A stretch of 64,000 nucleotides of DNA from Octopus sinensis (Eukaryota): positions 63,550,001-63,614,000 of the forward strand of contig NC_043000.1 in NCBI RefSeq assembly GCF_006345805.1, read 5' to 3'. Each line of letters opens with the position of its first letter. Position 1 is the first letter of the stretch. Made by a program: the position numbers and the translations under genes. Positions 8,730 through 21,149 of this stretch are shown here, piece after piece. The notes under the pieces were generated by a model. It searched no databases. It was given only the letters and a program-made list of their open reading frames with translations, and was not told the origin of the DNA.

Positions 8730-10589
8730 GTGTGTGTGTGTGTGTGTGTGTATCTATGTGCATGTATGCATGCATTTGCGCATACGTCTGTGTACATATT
8801 TGTCTGTACATATACGTGTATACGCACACGTGACGCGGACACGTGTGTGCGTAAACACTGTGAATCGAAATATATGATGGATGACTGTAAACGACAACAT
8901 TGACCAGCTAAAAGTGAACTAGATTAGATATTTTCATACAATCTGAAAGCCGAGTCTGAGCAAGCACAAAGTCTATCTCCTAAATATTGATTAGTTAAAT
9001 ATATATTTTTTATGAATATAGACGTAGTTATGCACTCAAACCCAAAAGCAAATCGTCCATTTATGACGTGAGATTTGGAGCATGCGTATAAAGAATTCAT
9101 GTGATAGTGTTTATTACTGGTTAGTTGTTAGTTTATTTACAAGCGAATTATTATCATGTGTATAATATTCCGACATCAGGATTGGCAACTTATCAAAATC
9201 CAGAGATATTAGATGTGGTTTAGCCCAGTAAACAGAAGTGAGCTTTCATCAAATATGAAGTAAATATGATCATTGTGTTGATTATAAACAGCTTGCAGAA
9301 ATTTATAGGGTACGTTTTTCACCACTACCGCAACTCTGCTTTTCAATAGGTGCCATAGTCTAGTTTTATCTTGTATAGAATTAATAAATATTCGCCACTT
9401 AACAGTCAACGAGTACTTTTGCATAAAGGATAAACTTGAATATGTTGATACACACACACATACACACACACGCATACATAGGTACGTACATACATACATA
9501 CATTCATAAATACATACATACATACATACATACATACATACATACATACATACATACATACACACACACATACACACACGCTAGGTGTACTTGCATCCAT
9601 AATTATAAAACTGGCTAGTGTGCAGCTAACAGAGCAAAGTGTATGTGTATAGATAAATCCATCGACCGGTGAATAAATTAACATAAATTGGTAGAGCTAT
9701 GGAAATTGTGAAGTTAATATTTTTCCAAAATACATCATCAGAACAAGTGAAATAGATACAATTTAGAATCGAACCTCCTCTTCATCTACAATTACACGCA
9801 CTCTATACTTAACATTTCTGCAAGTGTCTCTACACCGTTGCTAACTTGGTTACAAATAACAACCAAATATCCCTCAAAATCATACTATACTGTTTAAAAA
9901 AAGAGAGGAAACATTGATTAATTGGACGGAGGGATAGTCAGTTAGGTACAGTCTGTTACATTATTGGTATTTTATTTTATCGATCCAGGGGGAATTAAAA
10001 GCAAAGTTGAGTTCGGTGAGATTTGAACACTACATAAAAGGTTGTGCGTAACTTAATAGGCGAAGCTTGTTGCCCCACGCTCTACCGATCAGCCAATCAT
10101 CGGTCTTGCAATAGGTATCGATTTGTAACCTTAGCACAAGACAACTCAACTTGTAGAGCGGATTACAATCAATTTAATCGACTCCAGTAATTGACTAGTA
10201 ATTATTTTATCGACCTTCAGAAGGATGAAAGATAAAAATCTACCTCCTCAGGATTTGAACGTAGGACATGATATATATTGATTCCCAATACTGACACAAA
10301 GCCCCAAATTCGTTAGATGGATATTTTCAGTTGAAGTGGACACCGGTAGTTTATTTTATATTTTGCCTTTTACTTGTTTCAGTCACTGGACTGCGGCCAT
10401 GTGACAGCACCACCTTTGACTGCTACTTTATTTTAATGATACCAAAAGGAATAGAAATAAATCGACTTCATATCGACAAAATGTTAACATTGACGTAACT
10501 TTTTCGTTGTGTAATTCAGTGGGAACATACATCCTTAAATATATTCCTTACTTTTCTTTTCCTTTTTTCTTTTTTGTCACTAACAGATT

Positions 10590-10983
10590 CTGATTTTTTT
10601 TTTCTTTTAGTCATTGGACTACAGTCAGGCTGTGGTACCGCCTTGAAGGGATCAGTCGGAAAAATCGACCCCAGTACTGATTCTCAAAGTCTGGTACTTA
10701 TTCTATCGGTATGTTTTGCCGAACCGATAACTTACGGGGACGTAAACAAACCAACACTATTTGTCAAGAGGACATAAGACAAAGACACTGACATACGTAC
10801 AGATATACATACATATACAGATATGTATGTATGTATGTATGTATCCGTCAGCTAAATCCACCCACTAGGCTTTTGTCGGCTCGGGGTCATAGTAGAAGAC
10901 ATTTACCCAAGGTGCCACACTATTGGATTGAACCGAAGACCATATGGTTGGGAAGTAAACTTCTTACCCACACAGCCACGCCT
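10590..10983 (-). mobile_element. tRNA-derived SINE-A, diverged full-length copy
   Basis: Colinear with 26434-26872; tRNA-like head ends cacacagccacgcc. Confidence 0.8.
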
Positions 10984-11270
10984 GTATGAAGATAAATTCA
11001 AAATATGACTTTATAAGAATTATAGAAGGTGTTTAACAACAAATTTCCTAAGCAAGTTAGTTTAACAATTCTGAAGAACAATAATAGCTAACAAAAAGAA
11101 TTACAAATGTCTTTCGAAAAGATCAAAGAAATAGCATTGCTTGAAAAGACAGTCAATTTTCTCATATAATTTACATAATTGAATTCAGAAGAGCTGTGGC
11201 TGTTTGCTTTATTACAATACTTAATCATTATTACTGTAGTAAATTATCTTTGTTCAGTGATGAATCTGAA

Positions 11271-11357
<87 letters not shown>

Positions 11358-12049
11358 ATAAACAATGTTGTGAAAGCTCTACACGAATATGCAGAACTGT
11401 GAAATTATGTTTGATTACATGTTTTATTTGGTCAACAGAAACAACTTAAGGTTCACAAAATCTAGAACAATATAGATGTCTGGCTTTTACGAGACATGAT
11501 ATTAGACATTACATTCTATAATAAGTATTTTGTTGTAGGGTAGCGGTGGAGGCGGGTAACATGTGGACATATATGCATAAAAGTTTTCTTTAATTATAAT
11601 ATTAGTATAAATACTAACTGACCCGATGGTATATAAAGGCACAAACAACTTTATATAATAAAGAAAAAAGAAAGTAAGAAAGATAAAAAGAAAGAAAATA
11701 AGAAACATAAAAAAGAAAGAAAAAAATCAATTCTCCCGAGTGTTTTATATCGATAAGATTGCTTGAGATAATTAGCTTTCATAGTGAACGACATCCATTG
11801 TAGTATCTTACGAGTTTTTCTTATCCGTTTTCTCTGTAAAGAATAGGTTTGCCATGTGATTATTATTTTAGATGGAGTCAGACAACTTACAAACCAGTCT
11901 TTCATAGTGAACTCAACTTGGAGATGAGACTAAAAGATCCCAGTAATTATCATTATATTCTTATGTCAAAGAAACTATATTAATTTTTTTCCGATTTAGA
12001 AGATACACACTAAGTGCTAACCTGACTATTTAAGGTCGGGAGAGGTCGG

Positions 12050-12330
12050 CTGGCTCTCTGTCGGTTACAACGATGAGTGTTCTTGTTGATCCGATCATTT
12101 GAACAACCTGATTACAAAATTAACTTGCCAGTAGCTGAGCATTCCACAGACATACATGCTCTTAACATAGTTCTCATGGAAATTCAGCATGTCACATCGA
12201 ATGCGACACGGCTGACCCATTGAACTAGAAATGAACGATAAATTAAGTGCCTTGCTGAAGGACGCAATGCGCCCTTGGGAATCGAACCCACGATCGTGAC
12301 CCGAATACCCTAGCCATTAAGCTATGTGCC
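12050..12330 (-). mobile_element. tRNA-derived SINE-D, diverged
   Basis: Colinear with 13625-13934 (gtcggttacaacgatgag...gggaatcgaaccc...ccattaagctatgtgcc). Confidence 0.75.
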
Positions 12331-12609
12331 AAAGCAGGGGTTAAAAATTCGAAGTTAATCATATAAATCAGATTTTTTTACACACCTTCAAGACATAAGA
12401 TTGTAAGATGAGTACAAGTGGGCAGATGACAGTAGCCAGATTTATGGAAGTAACTCAAGTTAAAATGAATCCATAACTGAAACATGCACGCACATGTGTT
12501 CATAAGACTGGAACTAAATCTAAATTTTTGTAGTTGATGAGGAACTAATATGCCTAACGGACAGAACTCTGTTCATTAGAAGGAAGAGGTGTGTCGATGG
12601 CTTTCACAG

Positions 12610-13110
12610 GTTTTCCGAGTGTGGTAAAATCAACACGGTTTATTTTCTTTTTAAACAGATGCAAGTCTATAGTTGCAGGAGGAAGAAGAATAGAGAAGGA
12701 TTCTCCAGGTTAATGTTCTCAAAAAGACCTCGAAGTAATGATTAGTGAGGATTTTAGCTTTCGACTTGAGTTACCTAAATTTTAGGAGGGAAGATGAGGA
12801 AGTGAGGTGTGCTCGACTGGTGGTAGAATGAGGTCATCCCTTTCTGAAGACCAAAGACCATAGTAATATCTTAGAAAAAGTAGAGTGGGGAGACAGCACG
12901 CCTGTGGATCAATGAACCGAGTGTGCCGAGGAGGAACTTTATGTCAATCATCTGCGTTGCTTTGTACATCTGTTGCTGGAAATAGCATTTTCTGACTCCG
13001 AAGAAAGCCAATCTTTGCTGTATTGAGAATATGTGTACAGAAGAAGACTCATTCAGAGATGATAAGGCCTATAGTCTAGCGCCAGACATCGACAAAAGAC
13101 TGGTAATTAA
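12610..13110 (-). pseudogene. CR1/L2-group LINE ORF2 3' remnant
   Basis: Minus-strand translation pieces HIFSIQQRLAFFGVRKCYF, LIHRRAVSPLYFF and LPPATIDLHLFKKKINR resemble the conserved C-terminus of CR1-group RTs; many stops and frameshifts. Confidence 0.55.
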
Positions 13111-13624
13111 CTCTGTTAAGGTAAAATAAGGCAAATAGAATTACATGACCCAGGTCGATATATTATCAAAATGTAACGTGATATGAATCTTTACTTACAA
13201 ATTCGAAACCTCACCTCAATCATATCACCTTCCTAACAACTGTATTTCTAAATAAATAAAAAGAACGGCTTATGTCTGTTTAATTAAACGCTTCAATTTC
13301 GTGAAATGGGTTAAGATCATTGCAAAGGTATTACATAAGATCTTATTTTTCTCTCTCCTACGTAGAGTATGTTTTTTGTTATTTACTTATTTACTTATAT
13401 ATTATACTGGTTTTAAAGATAACGTATTGGGTTTGTTAAAAGTTATACTTATTAGGATGTCCTAGACTTCTGCATTGAATTTAAAGTGAAATTAAACCTG
13501 AAACTAATGGTTTCTGACAAGCAGAAAATATCTACACAAGATAACAGTGAATTGTTGGAAATTTGGTGTATTAATACTCGTTAGTTAAATGTTTTATTAA
13601 AGAACTGACATTAACTAACTGACA

Positions 13625-13934
13625 CTCCGTCGGTTACGACGAGGGTTCCGGTTGATCCGATCAACGGAACTGCCTGCTCATGAAATTAATGTGCAAGTGG
13701 CTGAGCATTCTACAGACATGTGTACTCTAAACGTAGTTCTCCAGGAGATTCAGTGTGACATAGGATGACAAAGATGGTTCTTTGAAATACAGGTACTACT
13801 CATTTTTACCAGCTGAGTGGACTGCAACAACATGAAATAAAGTGCCTTGCAAAAGGACACAACGCGCCGCCTGGAATCGAACTCATAACCTTACGATCGT
13901 CAACCGAACACCCTAACCACTAAGCCATGCACCT
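13625..13934 (-). mobile_element. tRNA-derived SINE-D, full-length
   Basis: Minus-strand head gcatggcttagtggttagggtgttcggttgacgatcgtaaggttatgagttcgattcc (A and B boxes); body repeated at 12050-12330 and partly at 7500-7780. Confidence 0.85.
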
Positions 13935-13974
13935 TCAATGAACTGACATTACCTATTTACTAAAATACAAATGG

Positions 13975-14055
13975 GTACTTTTCTATTAAGGCTAGACAAA
14001 AGAGGAATGGTGATAGAGGGTCACCTTGGTAAATGCCACATGAAATTCTTACATC
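13975..14055 (-). pseudogene. Tiny R4/Dong-type RT fragment (ISCGIYQGDPLSPFLFCLAL)
   Basis: Homologous to 14993-15070; abuts a (GAA/TAA)n tract. Confidence 0.7.
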
Positions 14056-14689
14056 TCTCTTGTTCTTCTTTTTCTTCTTTTTCTTCTTCTTCTTCTCTTC
14101 TTCTTCTTCTTATTATTATTATTATTATTTCTGCTGAATTTATATGCATTTGGTGTTTAGTATACATATTAGACAAAACACAAATGCAGGAAGCTTGCAT
14201 TCGGTTAGGAGAACCGTTCTATTTAAATCCATTGTAAAGTAACACAGTAGAACCAGTGATTAACCAGCTCAAGAAATATTGATACTAATACTAAAATAAC
14301 AACTAAATGACATGTTCTAAGTGCTTCTGCTTAACTAGTTAAATTTACGCTGTATTAATACAAACCACTGTACTCACTTTCTGTATCTACTATGCCTCTA
14401 TCTCACTGTGCATGATTACATGCTAGCAATAGGTTACAGTGTCAGTTGACATTTAATGCAAAGTCGTTAGTAATAGCTTGATTTGAATTTTAATACATGT
14501 AAAATTTTATGGGCTTCGCATTGGATTATAATAAATAAACACAATAAGTTATTTTATAAATATATTCATTGCAGTGAATAAAGGTAATAAATTCTTAACG
14601 ACTGTCGTGAATGTATGAGGCACACATGCCAAAACTTATAACCGGTATTTTGTGTGGAGTTTAGATATAAAACTTTATGTATTGTTCTT

Positions 14690-14992
14690 GAAGAAGAAGA
14701 AGAAGAAGAAGAAAAGAGAAGAAGAAGAAGAGGAGGAGGAGGAGGAGGAGGAGGAGAAGAAGAAGAAAGAAGAAGAAGAAGAAGAAGAAGAAGAAAGAAG
14801 AAGAAGAGAAGAAGGAGGAGGAGGAGGAGGAGGAGAAGAAGAAGAAGAAGAAGAAGAAGAAGAAGAAGACGACGAAGAAGAAGAAGAAGAAGAAGAAGAA
14901 GAAGACGACGACGACGACGACGAAGAAGAAGAAGAAGAAGAAGAAGAAGAAGAAGAAGAAGAAGAAGAAGAAGAAGAAGAAGAAGAAGAAGA
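14690..14992. repeat. Compound trinucleotide microsatellite (GAA/GAG/GGA/GAC)n, ~300 bp
   Basis: Direct reading; it explains the poly-E/K/R ORFs. Confidence 0.95.
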
Positions 14993-15928
14993 GATATAAC
15001 AATTTCATGCGGCTTTTCCCAACGTGACTCTCTATCAACACCCTTCTTTTGTCTAGCTTTAATACCTCTCTCGAAATTGCTCGATGATGTACAATGTGGC
15101 TATAAAAAGTTTGATAAAAGTATAAATCATCTCTTTTATATGGACGATGTAAAGCTCTTTGCAAAAGATGGCCAGCAACTACAGGGCTTACTAGCAATTG
15201 TTAAACAGTTCAGTGATGACATCAGGATGCAATTTCGCCTCGATGAAAATGTGCAAAAGTTACCTTTATCAGAGGGAAAGTGATAGCAACATCTAATCTT
15301 GACCAACAATGTCATAAAGGAGACAGAGCCAGTGGAGAGCTACAAATACCTAGGGGTATTGGAACGTGATTGAATTAAACAGTCAATGATGAGAGAAAGG
15401 ATCAGAAAAGAAGGTTAACGCAGGGTGAGGGCAATACTCAAGACAGCGGAAAGGATAATGGACGGAAAGGGGAAGGCAAAAATCCTCTGAGATTTTGACT
15501 TTCAGCACCGAAAGACCGGACATGGTAACCTTTAGGAGGAACAAACAAGAGTGCCTAATAATCTACGTGGCAGTGCCAGATCAACATATTATCATGAAAG
15601 AATGAGAAAAGGTTGATAAATATGGAGACCTGAGAATTGAGATCGCCAAGATGTGACAACTACGAGAGTCAAACATAAAGGTTGTCCTTATTGTCATCGG
15701 AGTATTGGGTTTAATACCACCCAATCTGAAAAAACATCTGGAAAATTTAGAAGTACCCTGCAATCAAGGTGTATTGCAAAAAATCGGCATTACTTGGAAC
15801 TGCACGCATATTGCGTAAAGTACTGTCTGTCTGATGTCCTTGTTGTGACTTGACAGTCAGTACAAACCTCCGGCAGACAAAATATCTTCAATCAACATCA
15901 AAATATTGGATACTGTGCGACGTCTTAA
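14993..15928 (+). mobile_element. 5'-truncated, internally deleted R4/Dong-clade non-LTR retrotransposon (RT + RLE) with (TAA/TGA)n tail to 16086
   Basis: RT motifs ISCGFSQRDSLS and HLFYMDDVKLFAK; RLE motifs RPDMV...CLIIYVAVP...EKVDKYGDL; C-terminus LQKSALLGTARILRKVLSV*; 3' UTR followed by (aat)n. Confidence 0.88.
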
Positions 15929-15949
15929 ATAATAATAATAATAATAATA

Positions 15950-15987
<38 letters not shown>

Positions 15988-16012
15988 AATAATAATGATA
16001 ATAATAATAATA

Positions 16013-16088
<76 letters not shown>

Positions 16089-16462
16089 GGTAATAAATTC
16101 TTAACGACTGTCGTGAATGTATGTGGCACACATGCCAAAACTTGTAACCGGTATTTTGTGTGGAGTTTAGATATAAAACTTTATGTATTGTTCTTGAAGA
16201 AGAAGAAGAAGAAGAAGAAGAAGAAGAAGAAGAAGAAGAAGAAGAAGAAGAAGAAGGAGGAGGAAGAGGAGGAGGAGGAGGAGAAGAAGAAGAAGAAGTA
16301 CTTAATTTATCGACCCCGACAGGATGAAAGGCAAAATCGACCTCGGTGGAATTTGAACTTACAACGTAACGACAGCATTTCGTCCGGCGTACTAAAGATT
16401 CTGCCAGCTCATTGCCTTAATAGTAATAATAATAATAACAACAACAACAACAACAACAACAA

Positions 16463-16513
<51 letters not shown>

Positions 16514-16529
16514 TAGTAGTAGTAACTAA

Positions 16530-16738
16530 TTCTTTTATTGGCCTCAAGGGCTCACATAAAATAACAGTAAAAGACATGTAACAATATAAAAGACAAAAGC
16601 AGGACGATACAATAGGTTTCCGCGTGTTCACAATATAAATAACAATTAAAAATCACACAAATTAAACACCCAATAGGGTAAGCGCTTTAAGGACGTCATG
16701 GAAAAACCCACAAAAGCCACGGGTACCTGAAGAACAGA
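16530..16738. mobile_element. PLE-like terminal fragment joined to the truncated 3' end of an R4/Dong copy
   Basis: Not LINE-coding; A-rich tail; ends in gtacCTGAAGAac (5' half of a hammerhead core only). Confidence 0.35.
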
Positions 16739-16749
16739 GTGTTTTTATT

Positions 16750-18326
16750 ATGTATTTGTCTGAATGTGTTTTCATCATACCTAATGCGCCTACTTTAATA
16801 GGAATTGTTTCTGTTTTTAGACTCTATATTCGAGTTACCTCTATTCCAGATCTTTGGATTTTGAAAGTTTCTCTGTTTCTCTTAGAGAAACATTGTCATC
16901 TGTTGGTATTGATACATATATTAGAAAGCATTTTTCTTCTTGGTGATCTCTGACAACTATATTCGGTCTGTTAGCCTTGGTTTTTCTATCTGTGTGTATT
17001 GGCATATTCCAGTTACTTTCTCATTTTCTGTAACCTTTTCTGGCGTGTGCCTATACCATCTTCCTTCTGTTGTTATTCCATAGTGTTGGCATAGTTTCCG
17101 GTGTATATAGGTCCCAATTTTGTTGTGCCTATTAATATGTTCCTTCTTAGCCATGACTGGGCAGCCAGAGATAATATGATTTATTGTTTCTTCTCCATCA
17201 CCACATTCAGCAGTTACTTGTATTTATTTTTATTACGTGTTTTTTTAGTCATTTCTGGTTGGAAGGCTTTCATCTTGTGCTACAATTAAAAGTCCTGACT
17301 CCTGAGTTTCTCAGCCATTGTTGAGATTTTGCTTTGTCTGTTTCTTTTCTGTTTAGTTTAACGCAATATTTGCCATGCGGGGTCTTTTCTTGCTATCGTT
17401 TTATCATGATACGTTGCTATTCCAGTTTTAGTTTCGATTTCAGTTGTTTCACAGCTTTTGTTGTTTCTTCTTTTTCTTCATAGTCGTCAGGTACTATGAC
17501 TTCTTTTTTGTATTTGTCAGCTTCTTAAAGACTAAAAACATTTTTTGTTTTGTTCGCGTTTTGTGGCTATTTTTATTAGTTTTCTTTGCTTCTGAAGTAG
17601 ATATTTCGGTAATCCTATGGTGGCTATTTGTAATAGGTTTCTAGCTGTATAAGGCCTCTACCACCTTCGATATATAACTTTCATATGTCACATCAGGTGG
17701 GGCATCCTAAATCCTGTCATTATTTTACCTGTTTTCCTGTCTATTTTGATTATTTGATTTAGAGTCCAGTGAAGAATATTGTAGCTGTAACTTATAACTG
17801 TAACGGTTAGAGTGTTGATACCTATTATCTTGTTTTTTGCATTGATCTCTGTTTTCAATATTAATCTAACTCGTTTATAGTATTCTTTATCTTATCTTTC
17901 ATTTGTGTGTGTTGCATCGTATCTAATTCATTGTTTCCTAAGTATTTGTATGCCTGGCTTTAGTCCGATTCTCTTATTTCATTTGTTTTATCTAGTGTGA
18001 TGTCGTTACACTTAACTAGTTTTCCTCTTTTCAAGGTTGCTTTGGCACATTTTTTCTAAGCCAAATTTCATGTCTATTTCTTTGGTAAATCTATGTACTG
18101 TCTGTAGTAATGTTTCCAGCTGTTTATCATTTACAACATACAGTTTTAAATCATCCATATACAAGAGATGTTTGATTGTTTTGCCTAATAGCTGTATCCA
18201 CATCCAGTTCTGTTTAGCATGTCATATAAAGGTGTCAGTGCAACTCAGAAAGGGAGTGGCAAAGCGTGTCTCCTTGAAATATTACTATCAGCATTATTGT
18301 TATTATCATTGTTATTATTATTATTA

Positions 18327-18380
<54 letters not shown>

Positions 18381-19395
18381 TTGCATTTGCACAGCTTCTA
18401 ACGCCGGAGATGTACTACGCTGTCAGCTGTTCATACATTCCATTTCCAAGAGTGTGGGATCATATCATACGCCTTACGATAGTCGAGCCATGACATGGCT
18501 AAGTTACTTTTCCTCCTCTTGCAGTCTCTAAGTACAGTTTTGTCTATCAGGAGCTGATCCTTGGTACCTCTGCACTTACGCTTGCAACCCTTCTGCTCAT
18601 GTAGTAGGACTCCATTTTTGTCCAGATGTTCGTACATTGACTCTGCGAGCATTCCAGTAAATAATTTGCGTATAAGTGGCAGACAGCATATCGGCCTGTA
18701 ATTGTCTACCGTATTGCATTTTTCGATTGTTTCAAGCACAGCACTGTCCTACCCAATGTCAACCACTCTGGTATTTCTTAGTCGGCATTTTACAAGGTGT
18801 TACGTTGCGCTTCTATTCGTGCATGACATTCACCAACTCTTTTAATCCAGTAGCCTTGAACTCCATCTGGTCCCGGGGCCTTCCTGTTGCTCACCTTTTT
18901 GCTGATTTCCTTCACTTCCCTGACTGAAATTACTAGTTCTGCCAAAACAAACAGTTGTCTGTTTTGGACAAACTACTGTTTGTTTTAGATATTGCAACCA
19001 TTCAGCATCCTTCTTATGCTCCTTGTCTCTACTCCAGATGTCACTCCAAAACCAATAACTTTCACTGTTATCTGGTATCAACTTTTCTTCTGTACACTCT
19101 CCATTTATTTTTTTATAGAATCTCTTCTGATCTACTCGGAATAACCTATTCTGGTGGTAGCCCTTTACTTTTGTTCGTATCTTACCATCTTTGTTTTTGT
19201 TTTTTTTGCAACGAGGCGCTGCTTCAGTTCCTCTATTACCACTCTTGGGCCCTTTCTTTCAATATTATACTTCCTTTTCAGTGCCCTGTATTTTTGTTCG
19301 CTTTTAAGCTCCCCTTTCTCCTTTCGGTCTAACACAGAAATTTCTTTCGAGAGCATATCTAACTCTGCCTGTATTCTTCTTATACACCATGGGTC

Positions 19396-19400
<5 letters not shown>
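16750..19400 (-). mobile_element. Degenerate R4/Dong-clade retrotransposon (RT, CCHC knuckle, RLE), interrupted by (TAT)n at 18281-18378
   Basis: [16 protein letters not shown]...EQKGCKR...KDQLLIDK...[15 protein letters not shown] (18431-18739); HLLYMDDLKLY (18012-18203); INRHNKIGTYIHRKLCQHYGI (16957-17154). Confidence 0.9.
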
Positions 19401-19431
<31 letters not shown>

Positions 19432-20754
19432 CATTATTATTATCATCATCATCATCATCATCATCATCATTATTATTATTATGATTATCATCATCATTAT
19501 TATTGTTGTTGTTGTTGTTATTATTAAGGTCGTGAGGTGATAGAATCGTTAGCTCGTCGGACAAAATGCTTAGCGGCATTCCTCCGATGTTTTACGTTCT
19601 GAGTTCAAATGTTCCCCGAGTACCAATCTCAAAATCCTCACTGCCTCCAATAGAAATTACACTGTTGATGCATAGTTCCTTTATTACTTGTCTCTAGTAG
19701 CATTATTCCACGCTGGGAAGTCAACCAAACATATAAGGGCCATCCATAGATCCATTGTTTCAACTATTCTATATTTCGGCCAAGTTAAAGATCATACTAT
19801 GCATTCTAACAGGCATGAGGTGCTTGGTAGGTTGTTTCTCCTCCTTTGTCTAGTTTGTCTTTGTATCGCAATTGTTGTTGGTTAGTATCAACTGAGTCCT
19901 TATAGAACGGACCTATGATCAAAGGCTTTCCAGTTGTGGCCATTCTATTTTGTTTCTTTGTGTGTGTATTTGTGTGTATGTTTGTGTGTGTGTGTGTGTG
20001 TGTGCGTGTGTGTGTGTGTGTGCGTGCGTGCGTATGTGTGTGTGTGTTAGGCATATTGTACTTGGCACAACATCATTGAATCTATCCACTCCTTTTTTTT
20101 TTCGTGATAAGGTGTGATTCAAGGGAAGTTTGACTGCTGCTTATACCATGTCGAGTGGTGCATAGAGGTATTTTAAGTTAACTGTATTCGTACGTATGCC
20201 CTTATATTTGCAAGGTCAATACCTCTCTGTAACTGTGGATGTGTATGCAAGTATTGTTTTAGTCAATATTTTTCGGTGAAAACTATACGTCAATTTTTGA
20301 AATTGCTTTAAGAGTTTATTTGCTTTCATGTTAGAAATAAAATCTAAAATGTGGAAAGAAAGAAACAAACAAGATATCATTGATCGATTGGTTATCAATA
20401 AAAACATCGGGATCTCTTACGATCGGATCTTCTTTCGCGACAAAGAAATTTACAATTATCTGCCACTATGACACATTCAACAACATTTTTCCGTCTCTGT
20501 CGAATTAAATAAGTTGGCTTCAGCTGTCTCAGTGAAGGGCTAATAAATAATCGATATTGCATCGACAATTTCTTTGTTTTGATTTAGATCGATATAAAAA
20601 ATATCTAATGTTTTCGATCCAAAAGTATTTCCTCGTAATCATATGATAAAATCTAAAATTGCTGTAAAGTATTGTTCAGTATAATGAAAGTGTCTATAAA
20701 TGTAATGTGCAACGAGGAGAGAGAGAGGGGGGAGTGAGAGAGAGAGAGGGAGAG

Positions 20755-20795
<41 letters not shown>

Positions 20796-21149
20796 CTAAG
20801 ATGATTGGTGAATGAATGAGAAGAAGGGGGAAATATATTTTGAATGGAAATGAGAGAATGAAACAATAAAAAGGTGGAAATTAGAGCGTAAAAAGAGAGA
20901 GAGAGTTAGAACTGTTATATGGGCCAACATAATTCTGCCTGTTATAAGCATCTTAAATAAGAGACGTAAAAATAAATCCCATTTCAAAACATCCCTATGG
21001 ACTCCAGTGGTGCGGTCAAAATTTAAGCTTTTGGACAAAGCTGGGTTTTTTTTTATTTATGGTGTAAAATCTTTCACGATGCGGGAATCAAACAAATATG
21101 GGAATAAAAGAAACATAAAAAGAAACAAACTAAAAATAAAATGATAACC

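Noticed and set aside
11190-11275. Minus-strand (CT)n-ttcAG acceptor
   Set aside because: The pyrimidine tract is a microsatellite, all frames close quickly, and the phase does not fit the 20223 exon.
14375-14430. Minus-strand AG...GTGAGT 45-nt segment
   Set aside because: Stop codons in all three frames; it could only be non-coding, and there is no other support.
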